Assembly: GCA_016214555.1 (NCBI GenBank)
Contig: JACROF010000002.1
Coordinates: 5,416-69,415 of the forward strand
Reading direction: 5' to 3'
Length of the DNA stretch: 64,000 nucleotides
DNA from: Candidatus Levyibacteriota bacterium
Lineage (GTDB): Bacteria > Patescibacteriota > Microgenomatia > Levybacterales > UBA12049
Shown here: piece by piece, positions 18,206-27,671 of the stretch
How the letters are laid out: the number at the start of each line of letters is the position of its first letter
Position numbering within the stretch: position 1 is the first letter of the stretch
Translations under genes and position numbers: made by a program
Notes under the pieces: model-generated
Told to the model about the DNA's origin: nothing
What the model saw: the letters and a program-made list of their open reading frames with translations, nothing else
The model's database searches: none

Positions 18206-18933
18206 TGGGAATTCTTTATATCGTTGCAACTCCGCTTGGAAATCTTGATGACATTACTATCCGTGCGATTAAAACTCTTTTTTCTGTTGACGGTATTGCC
18301 TGTGAGGATACAAGAAAGGCTGGATTTCTTCTTCGTGAGCTTCAAAAAAGATATCCCGAACTTGCAAAACCTGCAAATGGCGAAAAATTCCAAAGAATGC
18401 TTTCGTACTATGAAGAAAATGAAAACAAACGCATTCCTGAGGTTATCACAGCATTAAAAAATGGTCTCAGCATAGCCTTAGTCTCTGATGCAGGTACACC
18501 GACAATTTCTGATCCTGGATTTCGTTTGGTTCGGGAGTGCGTCAAAGAAGGCATACCTGTTGAATCAATTCCAGGACCTTCAGCGGGTGTGCTTGCGCTT
18601 AGTCTTTCTGGACTGCCAACGGACAAATTTTTATTTCTTGGTTACCCTCCTCGAAAAGCAGGGAATAGAATGAGGTTTTTTGAAAATGCTAAAAAATCAC
18701 AAGAGAGTTTTGTATCAACGATCATTTTTTATGAAGCACCACATAGAATTGTTGCAACACTTAACGAATTAGCATCAGTATTTGGTGATATTGATATCGT
18801 TGTAGCAAGAGAGCTAACAAAAATGCATCAGGAAGTGCGTCGAGAGAAAATAAAGGATGCAATTGTTCATTTTTCCAAGCATGCACCAAGAGGAGAGTTT
18901 GTTTTATTATTGCACCCAACTTCTGAAGAATAA
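18202..18933 (+). CDS. rsmI: 16S rRNA (cytidine1402-2'-O)-methyltransferase RsmI
   Basis: LYIVATPLGNLDDIT.RAI..L..VD.IACEDTR; tetrapyrrole-methylase fold pattern. Confidence 0.8.
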   Translation: MMGILYIVATPLGNLDDITIRAIKTLFSVDGIACEDTRKAGFLLRELQKRYPELAKPANGEKFQRMLSYYEENENKRIPEVITALKNGLSIALVSDAGTPTISDPGFRLVRECVKEGIPVESIPGPSAGVLALSLSGLPTDKFLFLGYPPRKAGNRMRFFENAKKSQESFVSTIIFYEAPHRIVATLNELASVFGDIDIVVARELTKMHQEVRREKIKDAIVHFSKHAPRGEFVLLLHPTSEE

Positions 18934-19943
18934 TGTTTGCGCGTTCTCAAAAACGATTTGTCTGGGCCGATGTTATTAGGGTATTGGCTACGTATTTTGT
19001 TATATGTGTTCACCTGACCTATGTTTTGAGTCCGATTACAGGGTCAAATCCAGTCGATGTTGCCATTTTTTCAGTTGCCAAAACATGTGTCCCACTTTTT
19101 GCTGTGTTAAGCGGAGCTCTTCTCATGTCAAAAAAAGATACTTTTATCACTTTTATCAAAAAAAGATTATCACGACTCCTAAAACCATGGGTATTTTGGA
19201 CAAGTATGTATACAATTCTTTTTTTTGTAAAAACTCAACAATCATTTACTGTCTCAAAATTTATTTACGAAGAAAGCATTCAGTTGTTCACCCTTTTGTG
19301 GTTTGTTCCGATTATTTTTGGGCTGTATTTGATAACGCCATTATTTCGTTATTTTTTTTATAAAAGATCTGTATTTTATCAATTTTTGTATATAGTGATC
19401 TGGTTTGGTATTTTAGTACATTTCCCAAAACTTTACGAAGATCCAAGGTTTATCAGAACAAACGATGTCACATTTGTCGTCCAGGTATTTCTCTACAGCG
19501 GTTTTTTTCTTTGGGGAGATACAGTCTTAAAATTGCAAAAAATGCTTCCAATCTCAACTCAGTATGTACTTTCAGTAGTATGTGTTGTGTCTGGGTTATT
19601 TTGGACGTATCTTACTGTATTGCATGGTGGTGGAGGAGGTAGCTTTCATTATCTTTCAGGAAATATAGCACTTTTGACACTTGGATTTTATTGGATTTTG
19701 ATACTCAGCTTTTCTCGTGTAAAAATCACAGGGTTTTTTCTTGAACATATAACAAGAGCAAGTAAGTTATCGTTTGGGGTCCTCTTTTTGCATATTTTAA
19801 TTATCCAATTTGTACTTAAGGACATGATTTCATCACTTGCTAGTATTCCTTATTTTATAAGCGCAGCTGTCCTGGGGATTTTTTCATATATGGTTTTGTT
19901 ATGGATGACGAGAGTGACTTTTCTAAGAAAGATAGTAACGTAG
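18933..19943 (+). CDS. Acyltransferase 3 family membrane protein
   Basis: R..W.D.IR.LA...V...H at N-terminus. About 10 TM helices. Confidence 0.6.
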   Translation: MFARSQKRFVWADVIRVLATYFVICVHLTYVLSPITGSNPVDVAIFSVAKTCVPLFAVLSGALLMSKKDTFITFIKKRLSRLLKPWVFWTSMYTILFFVKTQQSFTVSKFIYEESIQLFTLLWFVPIIFGLYLITPLFRYFFYKRSVFYQFLYIVIWFGILVHFPKLYEDPRFIRTNDVTFVVQVFLYSGFFLWGDTVLKLQKMLPISTQYVLSVVCVVSGLFWTYLTVLHGGGGGSFHYLSGNIALLTLGFYWILILSFSRVKITGFFLEHITRASKLSFGVLFLHILIIQFVLKDMISSLASIPYFISAAVLGIFSYMVLLWMTRVTFLRKIVT

Positions 19944-19946
19944 CAT

Positions 19947-21599
19947 TTAATATTCCTCAAGGGTTGAGGTATCGCCGATTGGTTGTCCTAGCTCTTTTGC
20001 CTTTAGAATTCTTCTCATAATTTTTCCACTTCGGGTTTTTGGTAATTTGTCAATAAACTCTATCTCTCGAGGATAGGCATGTCCCGCTAGATGTTTTTTT
20101 ACGTGTTCTTGAAGCTTGGTTTTAAGTTCTTCAGTTGCATCAACATCAGGCTTGAGCACGACAAATGCTTTAATAATTTCTCCTCTTATATCATCAGGTT
20201 TTCCTATAACTCCTGCTTCCACAACGCCCTCAAAACTTATCAGAGCACTCTCGACTTCAAACGGCCCTACTCTCTCACCACTTGTTTTAATTACATCATC
20301 TGCACGTCCCACAAACCAGAAATATCCCTCTTCATCCTTTTTTGCCCTGTCACCAGATATGTACCATCCGTTTTTAAAATAAGAATCGTATTTCTCAGTA
20401 TTTTGCCAAACAGTCCGCATCATCGATGGCCATGGTGGTTTAATGGCAAGATTACCTTCTTCTCCTGCAGCAACAGGATTGCCATCATCGTCAATGATTT
20501 CAGCAGTTACAAATGGTAGTGGCTTTCCCATAGACCCTGGTTTTAATTCTATCTCTGGTGTATTTGCAATCATAATAGAGCCTGTTTCTGTCTGCCACCA
20601 CGTATCATGAAAATATTTTCCTTTAAAAATCTTCTTGCTCCAGAGAAGGGGTTCAGGATTAAGAGGTTCGCCAACTGATGCGAGGTAGCGAAGCGATGAG
20701 AGATCATACTTTTCAGTAAGCGCATCACCCTTTGCCATAAGCATCCTGATGGCAGTTGGCGCAGTGTACCAGACAGTTATTTTATGTTTGGCAATAAGTG
20801 AGTACCACTTCTCAGGATCAAATCTCCCACTATGGATAAATGTTGTAACCCCTAAAGAAAGATTGGTGAGAATGCTATAGACAATCCCTGTTACCCATCC
20901 TGGATCTGCAGTGCACCAGTATATATCGTCATCTTTAAGATCAAGGCAGATCTTGGCGCTCTCAATTTGCTGGATAAGCCCATAGTGTGCATGAACTATC
21001 CCTTTTGGTTTTCCTGTAGTTCCTGAAGTATAGAGCATGAATGCGTAATCTTCAGGTCTTGTATGAAACATTGAAAAAACATCAGATTCTTTCTCTAGAT
21101 CACTTATGTAATCTTCATCATCGATGATAAAAACATGTTTCAACTCAGGTAATTCATCACGAATTGTTTGAATTCTATCAGCTAATTCTTTGGTCGTAAA
21201 AATGGCTTTAGCCCCTGAATTTTCCAACCTATCCTTGAGTGCGTCTGAGCCAAATGCAGAAAACATTGTTCCAGCAATAGCGCCTGTTTTGACAATTCCC
21301 AGAAAATTGATATAGAGATCCGGAACGCGGGGAAGAAAGAGAAATACGCGATCGCCTTTATTTATGACATTTTTTGAGAGAAAATTTGCGACTTTATTAC
21401 TTTGGCTCACAAGCTGTGAAAAAGTAAATTCTGTTACATTTCCCTGGTCATCTTCAAAAATAAGGGCCTTTTTATCCCCATTTCCTTCAAGAATATGCTT
21501 ATCAAGCACAGTTTGGGCAATATTAAGATTTGTATCAGTAAACCAACTTACATTGTCAGACTTACTTTCCCAGAATTCGTTATTTGTAAAACTATTCAT
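19947..21599 (-). CDS. AMP-forming acyl-CoA/acetyl-CoA synthetase-like (start taken at internal Met, 8-nt overlap with eno stop)
   Basis: AMP-binding motif MLYTSGTTGKPKG; YWCTADPGW; C-terminal K in PKTRSGKIMRR. Confidence 0.75.
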   Translation of the reverse strand: MNSFTNNEFWESKSDNVSWFTDTNLNIAQTVLDKHILEGNGDKKALIFEDDQGNVTEFTFSQLVSQSNKVANFLSKNVINKGDRVFLFLPRVPDLYINFLGIVKTGAIAGTMFSAFGSDALKDRLENSGAKAIFTTKELADRIQTIRDELPELKHVFIIDDEDYISDLEKESDVFSMFHTRPEDYAFMLYTSGTTGKPKGIVHAHYGLIQQIESAKICLDLKDDDIYWCTADPGWVTGIVYSILTNLSLGVTTFIHSGRFDPEKWYSLIAKHKITVWYTAPTAIRMLMAKGDALTEKYDLSSLRYLASVGEPLNPEPLLWSKKIFKGKYFHDTWWQTETGSIMIANTPEIELKPGSMGKPLPFVTAEIIDDDGNPVAAGEEGNLAIKPPWPSMMRTVWQNTEKYDSYFKNGWYISGDRAKKDEEGYFWFVGRADDVIKTSGERVGPFEVESALISFEGVVEAGVIGKPDDIRGEIIKAFVVLKPDVDATEELKTKLQEHVKKHLAGHAYPREIEFIDKLPKTRSGKIMRRILKAKELGQPIGDTSTLEEY

Positions 21600-22881
21600 T
21601 GGTAGTGTCAGTTTGATTACCTCCAGCTTTTTGTAGCATTTGTTCAATTTGAAGAAGCCTATTGTACTTTGCGACGCGTTCTCCTCTGGCAGGTCCACCA
21701 AATTTTACATAATCTGATGCGACCGCAACTGAAAAATCGGCAATAAAGTCATCATTTGTCTCGCCACTCCTGTGTGAGACTATTATTTTAAGCCCAGCGT
21801 GTCTTGCTATTTCTACAACAGCTAAACTTTCAAGGACAGTACCGATCTGATTTGGTTTAATTACAACACTATTGATAGTATTCTTGTTGAGAGCCATTTG
21901 AAGCCTAATGGGATTTGTTGCCGTTAAATCATCGCCAACAATCAGAGAGTGGTTACTTAACTTTGATAAAGCCATGGTCCAACCGTCCCAGTCATCCTCA
22001 GATAAAGGGTCTTCAATGTAGAGAATATGAAATTTTTTAACAAGATCTTCATAATAGGAGATTAGCTCTTCGGCATTCATAGCTGTTGGTTTATCTTTAA
22101 TTTTATAAAGTTGATCTTTGTAAAAATTCTTTGCAGATGCATCGATGCCTAAGAAAATATCATACCCTAATCTCCAGCTTGCTGCAGATACTGCTTGGGC
22201 GATAACATCTAAAACATCCTCGTTCTTATCAAATGTCGGCGCAAACCCTCCCTCGTCTCCGATAGTTGTGCCTAAGTGGTTTTTTTCAAGCTCTTGACGA
22301 ATTTTATGATATACAGTAACACCCATCTCAAGAGAATCAGAAAAGTTTTGATAGGTTGCAGGAATTACGTAAAACTCCTGCAAATCGACGTTGTTCCCTG
22401 CATGCATACCTCCGTTGATAAGGCTCATTGCGGGTGTTGGAATTTTGAGTGCTAACTTTTCTTTTGAAATAAAATTTCGAAGATAAAGAAATAGCGGTTG
22501 ATACACTGTCTTTGCTCCAGCTCTGACTGCGGCTTTTGATATACAGAAAAGAGTATTTCCTCCTAATTTTGACTTTGTTTTTGTACCGTCAAGGTCGATA
22601 AGCGTTCTGTCGATAAGCTGTTGGTTGGTAATATCCATACCTTCAAGAGCTGGAAAAATGACATTATGGATAGTATCAACAGCAATTCTTACGCCTTGAC
22701 CTTCGTATCTTTCGAGATCGTTATCACGCAATTCAAACGCCTCATATGAGCTTCGTGATGTTCCGCCAGGGGAGGAGGCAATAGCAACAACGTTGTTATC
22801 AAGCACGATTTGACACTCCACGGTTGGAATTCCTCGTGAGTCAAGAATTTCTCTCGCATTGATCTGTTTGATTTTTGCCAT
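21592..22881 (-). CDS. eno: Enolase
   Basis: MAKIKQINAREILDSRGIPTVE; VGDDL..TN; SHRSGETED-like SHRSGETND. Confidence 0.9.
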   Translation of the reverse strand: MAKIKQINAREILDSRGIPTVECQIVLDNNVVAIASSPGGTSRSSYEAFELRDNDLERYEGQGVRIAVDTIHNVIFPALEGMDITNQQLIDRTLIDLDGTKTKSKLGGNTLFCISKAAVRAGAKTVYQPLFLYLRNFISKEKLALKIPTPAMSLINGGMHAGNNVDLQEFYVIPATYQNFSDSLEMGVTVYHKIRQELEKNHLGTTIGDEGGFAPTFDKNEDVLDVIAQAVSAASWRLGYDIFLGIDASAKNFYKDQLYKIKDKPTAMNAEELISYYEDLVKKFHILYIEDPLSEDDWDGWTMALSKLSNHSLIVGDDLTATNPIRLQMALNKNTINSVVIKPNQIGTVLESLAVVEIARHAGLKIIVSHRSGETNDDFIADFSVAVASDYVKFGGPARGERVAKYNRLLQIEQMLQKAGGNQTDTTNE

Positions 22882-25158
22882 TTATGTAGTAATAAGTTTT
22901 TTTTCAACTCGCGCGATCGTTTTTCTTACATTCTCAATAGCATCTGGTGAGACAGATACACTAGTAATACCCCATGAAACCAATTTTTCGACAAGCTCAG
23001 GATAGAGAGAAGGGGCTTGGCCACAGATTGAGGATGTAATTCTATATTTGTGAGCTGTCTTAATAATACGCTCAAGTGCCCACAGTACTGCCTCGTTTTG
23101 TTCATCAAATTCTTGGGCGACTTCGCTGTTGTCTCTATCTGTTCCAAGAAGTAGCATGGTAAGATCATTTGACCCAATTGATATCCCGTCAATTCCTGCC
23201 TCGATAAATTTATCAAGCAAAATGACATTTGAAGGTATTTCAACCATCATCCAAAGCTTAAAAGATGCGGATCTAGTAAGTCCATTTTTGAGAAGAATTT
23301 TTTTAACTTCAGTTAATTCATGCACGGTTCTCACAAAAGGGATCATAAGCGAGAGATTTTTAAGATTCATTTTTTCACGAACAATTTTTATTGCCTCAAG
23401 CTCGAGTTTGAAAACTTCGGGGTCATGCATGTATCGAAAAGCACCACGGTATCCAAGCATGGGATTTGGCTCAATTGGCTCAAAAGACTTGCCGCCAATC
23501 AGGCCTCTGTATTCATTTGTCTTAAAATCAGACGCTCTGTATACAACAGGTCGAGGGTAAAATGCCTTACAAAATTTTTCCAAAGCATCAGAGAGAGCAT
23601 GGATAAATACCTCCTTTTTCCCATCATGAATCAACTTTTTAGGATGAGTGCCAATATTAGCCATAATAAATTCAGCTCTCAAAAGTCCTATGCCATCAAC
23701 ATGCTGAGCAGCGACTTTTTCTGCTAGATCAGGTTGAGCGAGGTTGACATAGACATGTGTTGCTGTTTTGATCCTGTCGGATGGAATAGCTTGTTGCTGT
23801 GTCAGATTAGATTTGGTAATACCTCCTTTGAAGACCTCTCCTGTTGTCCCGTTTACTGTGACCACTGATGCATTTGTTAGTATTTTGGTTGCTTGTTCAG
23901 TCCCAACAACCGCTGGAATACCTAATTCTCTTGAGACAATTGCTGCATGGGAAGTTCTCCCTCCTTTGTCTGTTACAATTGCTATTGCTTTTTTCATACC
24001 AGGCACAAAATCTGGATTTGTTTGTGGAGCAACCATAACATCACCTGGAAGCATTTTTGAAAGATCTTTCACCGTTGAAATAATTTTGACTGGACCACTT
24101 GCAAGACCAGGAGATGCAGGAGCTCCAGTTACCAAAACTGAAAGGTGTTTGGTTTGCTCAGAAGTATCAACTGCTTTTTCTGTTGAAAGAGTGGTTATTG
24201 GTCGTGTTTGAACGATATAGATAGTATTTCCTGTGATAGCCCATTCTACGTCTTGTGGGAAGTAATAGTGTTTTTCAAGCTTTTTCCCAAGGAGTGCCAA
24301 ATTGAGGATAAGATTGTCGCTAATTTTTTGTTTAGTACCATCCTTTTTATCAACCTTTACCTCCTTATTTCCGTCTTTTACTTTGACAAGCTTAACTGTC
24401 TGAGTCGCAATTTGTTTTTTGATGATTTTTGCATCGCTTTTATCTACTTCATAATGATCTGGTGTTACTTCTCCCTGAACAATCATTTCACCAAGTCCAT
24501 AGATCGCCTCAATGACCACCTTCGATTTATCATTAGTTACAGGATCAAGAGTAAACATAATGCCTGATTTCTCAGACTCAATCATTTTTTGGACAACAAT
24601 TGCGATGCCTACCCTAAAATGATCAAATTTTTGCTCATGTCGGTAGAATATTGCTCGAGGCTCAAAAAGTGATGCCCAAGCCTCTTTTACTTTGTGAACA
24701 AGTACACTTTCACCTTTAATGTTAAGAAATGTCTCTTGTTGGCCAGCAAAAGAAGCATTTGGGAGATCTTCAGCTGTTGCTGATGAGCGAACAGCGACTA
24801 AAGTATCGTTTAGTCTGCCGCTTAGCTTGGTATAGGCTGCAAAAATTTCGTGAACAAGCTCATCACTCATGCGTTCTCCCATAATGAGCTTTTTAATATG
24901 ATGAGATACTTGCTGAAGAGACTCAGGCTTGTCAAAGTTAATTGTTCCAAGGAGGTGGTTTATTTTTTCAGTGAGATTATTTTCTTTAAGAAATTTGAAA
25001 TAAGCCTGTGCAGTAACAATAAATCCAGGCGGGACAGGAAAACCAGCGCTTGTCATTTCTCCAAGATTGGCACCTTTTCCACCGACTCTTGGGATGTCTT
25101 CTTTTCCTACATCCTCAAACCACAAAATGAGCGAATTATCTTTGGGCATTACCATCAT
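22882..25158 (-). CDS. ppsA: Phosphoenolpyruvate synthase (pyruvate, water dikinase)
   Basis: N-terminal ATP-grasp GGKGANLGEM. Central phosphohistidine GGRTSHAAIVSRELGIPAVVG. C-terminal PEP-utilising TIM barrel. 758 aa. Confidence 0.85.
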   Translation of the reverse strand: MMVMPKDNSLILWFEDVGKEDIPRVGGKGANLGEMTSAGFPVPPGFIVTAQAYFKFLKENNLTEKINHLLGTINFDKPESLQQVSHHIKKLIMGERMSDELVHEIFAAYTKLSGRLNDTLVAVRSSATAEDLPNASFAGQQETFLNIKGESVLVHKVKEAWASLFEPRAIFYRHEQKFDHFRVGIAIVVQKMIESEKSGIMFTLDPVTNDKSKVVIEAIYGLGEMIVQGEVTPDHYEVDKSDAKIIKKQIATQTVKLVKVKDGNKEVKVDKKDGTKQKISDNLILNLALLGKKLEKHYYFPQDVEWAITGNTIYIVQTRPITTLSTEKAVDTSEQTKHLSVLVTGAPASPGLASGPVKIISTVKDLSKMLPGDVMVAPQTNPDFVPGMKKAIAIVTDKGGRTSHAAIVSRELGIPAVVGTEQATKILTNASVVTVNGTTGEVFKGGITKSNLTQQQAIPSDRIKTATHVYVNLAQPDLAEKVAAQHVDGIGLLRAEFIMANIGTHPKKLIHDGKKEVFIHALSDALEKFCKAFYPRPVVYRASDFKTNEYRGLIGGKSFEPIEPNPMLGYRGAFRYMHDPEVFKLELEAIKIVREKMNLKNLSLMIPFVRTVHELTEVKKILLKNGLTRSASFKLWMMVEIPSNVILLDKFIEAGIDGISIGSNDLTMLLLGTDRDNSEVAQEFDEQNEAVLWALERIIKTAHKYRITSSICGQAPSLYPELVEKLVSWGITSVSVSPDAIENVRKTIARVEKKLITT

Positions 25159-25195
25159 TATAACGCTGAAATTTGAAAATTAACAAGTATTTGGC

Positions 25196-25228
25196 AAAAA
25201 AATCCCCGCGTAACTAGGTCACGCGGGG
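25196..25228 (-). terminator. Rho-independent terminator (CCCCGCG-loop-CGCGGGG + T-run on minus strand)
   Basis: Hairpin and A-run read directly, downstream of the 25264..25809 gene. Confidence 0.6.
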
Positions 25229-25263
25229 TGTGTGTATTAAAAGCTTGTTGGTATAGAAAAGTT

Positions 25264-25809
25264 TTAGTCGCCCGCGAATGATCTTCCGTTGGGTTGAATT
25301 GTTGGAAGTGAGTCATAGACATCAAGCAATCTCCTCCAAGTAAATAGAATCACAGAGATTGCCAAACTAAACAAGGTGAGTGTGACTGACCAATTGGTAA
25401 TCCCGTATTCGTTAATTACACGATACGTTAAATACCCCAAAGTAGCGCTGACAGCGAATTTCCAGGGAGCTGGAAACCTTTTGTCCATATGAACAAGATT
25501 GAGCATGTAGTCTGTTGTTCTCAGAATTGGGTGCCAGCGTGGTCTAATTCCAGCAATGATAGCACATAGCCAGACAATGCCGAAAAAGAAAAGCTGGAGC
25601 GCTCCCAAAAGAATGGTAAGTGGCACCATGATAAGCCAGTATTCGGTAAATATTGGATAGTTGCACTTAATATTCCATACGCGTGAGGTGGCTTGGTATA
25701 ACGCTGATGTTCTTCTTGGATGAAGAATTCTGTAACGCTTGACCCAGAGAAGAACTGATAGACCAACCACCAAAGATATAACTATCCAGTGTGAGAGAAA
25801 ATACGACAT
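25264..25809 (-). CDS. Hypothetical integral membrane protein
   Basis: 181 aa, 4-5 TM helices. Flanked on both sides by strong hairpin terminators. Confidence 0.45.
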   Translation of the reverse strand: MSYFLSHWIVISLVVGLSVLLWVKRYRILHPRRTSALYQATSRVWNIKCNYPIFTEYWLIMVPLTILLGALQLFFFGIVWLCAIIAGIRPRWHPILRTTDYMLNLVHMDKRFPAPWKFAVSATLGYLTYRVINEYGITNWSVTLTLFSLAISVILFTWRRLLDVYDSLPTIQPNGRSFAGD

Positions 25810-25932
25810 GTCTCTTCCTTTCTACATAACTGTTGCCGGTGGGAAAAATAATACCTATTTTCCCCATGAGCAACAGTATAGTAACAAGCTATCAAAGAGC
25901 GCTTAATTATAAGATCTCCAAGAGAAATAGGC

Positions 25933-25967
25933 AAGAAGAAAGAAAAACCCCGCCTTAGTAAGCGGGG
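25933..25967. terminator. Bidirectional rho-independent terminator (CCCCGCC..GCGGGG flanked by A- and T-runs)
   Basis: Read directly. Immediately downstream of the 25975..26421 gene. Confidence 0.6.
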
Positions 25968-25974
25968 TGTATTT

Positions 25975-26421
25975 TTAGGACTGGTTTGCTCTTAGGAGCT
26001 GAGTAAATTTCATCATTGCTCCATCAAGCGTCATGAATACTGAGACATTTTTGCCATGAACACCTCTTATGTGTTTGAGTGTTCGACTTTTTGCCATCTC
26101 CTCACGATCTTGTTGCCTTTCAGCATGGTAGTATGGGATGTTTTTTGGAGACTTTTCCCACATGACAACAATAATATTTTTATCTGGGTCAGTATCTGCA
26201 ATGGACCTCTTGAAGGCAGGTACAAGATTTGACCAACGTTTTCCAGCAACCCAGACGTGATAGAGTACCCCGCCATCGTGCTTTATTGGAAGCGTATTGT
26301 CACTTGTGTAATGGATGTTGTCGCTAGGCACGCCTGTCTCAATGAGCTTTCTTCGGATAAGTTGAAAAAGTTCAGGGTCGTATTTGGCAAGATGGACTTG
26401 CACAGAGAATTGCATTGCCAA
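25975..26421 (-). CDS. Hypothetical protein
   Basis: 148-aa ORF with no recognisable motif. Isolated between two terminators. Confidence 0.4.
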   Translation of the reverse strand: MAMQFSVQVHLAKYDPELFQLIRRKLIETGVPSDNIHYTSDNTLPIKHDGGVLYHVWVAGKRWSNLVPAFKRSIADTDPDKNIIVVMWEKSPKNIPYYHAERQQDREEMAKSRTLKHIRGVHGKNVSVFMTLDGAMMKFTQLLRANQS

Positions 26422-26515
26422 CTCCTTTTTTGAAAGTACATAATCTCATCTGAGACTATAGGGTGAAATTATACTTAATTTTGCGATACAAAACAATACT
26501 ATTTTGTCGGTGAGG

Positions 26516-26550
26516 TAAAAAATTCCCGCTTGATTGTTAGCCAAGCGGGA
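26516..26550 (-). terminator. Rho-independent terminator downstream of desaturase gene
   Basis: TCCCGCTTG-loop-CAAGCGGGA with T-run on minus strand. Confidence 0.6.
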
Positions 26551-26565
26551 TAGAGCCTATTGTCC

Positions 26566-27495
26566 TTAGTCGATTGGTGTCAGTCCAGGAGATAGCTTGA
26601 GTTGTTTTTTCCGAGCCTGGATATCCTCAGGGGTCGGTTTTACAACATCCCAAGCAAGTCCAAGTCTCTCAAGAAGGCGAATGACGTAACCGTTTACATC
26701 AATTTGCCACCAAGTGAGTCCGTGATACGCCCATTTAGCTTTTGCATGGTGATTGTTATGAAATCCTTCACCAAATGACAACACGCCAATCAGCCAGTTG
26801 TTCCGGCTGTCGTCTTGTGTGTCAAAAGGCCTATTGCCAAAAGTGTGGCAGATGCTATTGACCGAAAATGTGACATGGTTGTGGTAAGCAATTCTGATAA
26901 ATCCTCCCCACAAAAGACCAGGCCAGCCTGCGATGAGATAAGGAATGAGAAGTCCCAGTCCAAACCACACGAATTTTGATTCATCAATTGCCTTCACAAG
27001 CTTATCGTTGAGAAGGCGTTGGCCAAATTTCCCCTGCAAGTCTTTAGGAGTTGCTCTGAGGATGTGGCCGACATGTGAATGCCAAAATCCATCTCTTGGA
27101 CTATGAGGATCTCCTTCTTTGTCAGCGTTGATATGGTGAGCATAATGCCCAACACAGAAGTCGATTGGTCCTGTTGGTAATCCCATCGCTCCTAAAATCA
27201 GAAAAAAAGCTTCAATAGATGGTTTGGTTTTAAAGCTTCCATGAGTTTCTAGTCGATGATATCCTACACCGGTTCCAAGTCCAGTGAGTGAAAACATAAC
27301 GACAAAAAGCGTGAGTTCTGTTGGTCCGACGTTATTCCCCCAGAGCCACCAGATGCAATAGGGGACAATAGCAAAAATACCAATGACGTATATCAAATTG
27401 GCAAATCGAAAGGTTCCAAAAGATAACTTTTTCTCAGTCAAACCCAAAATGAGTGCAAGGGTAATAAGTCCAATGCCGAAGTACTCAGGGTTCAT
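26566..27495 (-). CDS. Acyl-CoA (delta-9-type) fatty acid desaturase (start taken at Met 27495)
   Basis: Histidine boxes HRLETH, HYAHHINAD, HNNHHA. 4 TM helices. W-rich C-terminus. Confidence 0.75.
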   Translation of the reverse strand: MNPEYFGIGLITLALILGLTEKKLSFGTFRFANLIYVIGIFAIVPYCIWWLWGNNVGPTELTLFVVMFSLTGLGTGVGYHRLETHGSFKTKPSIEAFFLILGAMGLPTGPIDFCVGHYAHHINADKEGDPHSPRDGFWHSHVGHILRATPKDLQGKFGQRLLNDKLVKAIDESKFVWFGLGLLIPYLIAGWPGLLWGGFIRIAYHNHVTFSVNSICHTFGNRPFDTQDDSRNNWLIGVLSFGEGFHNNHHAKAKWAYHGLTWWQIDVNGYVIRLLERLGLAWDVVKPTPEDIQARKKQLKLSPGLTPID

Positions 27496-27671
27496 CGATT
27501 TCCTCCTTTGACGTGAGACTTTTATTGCAGAAAGACTGCCAAAATAGAAGACAAACATAAGCTTACCTTCTTGTTTAGCAGCCCTGCTTTTTCATAAGAA
27601 CATAGGTTATTAATGTGCAGTGCATACAAATGAAAATCTGTTTGCGGAGTAATTATATCATTATTGAGGTT

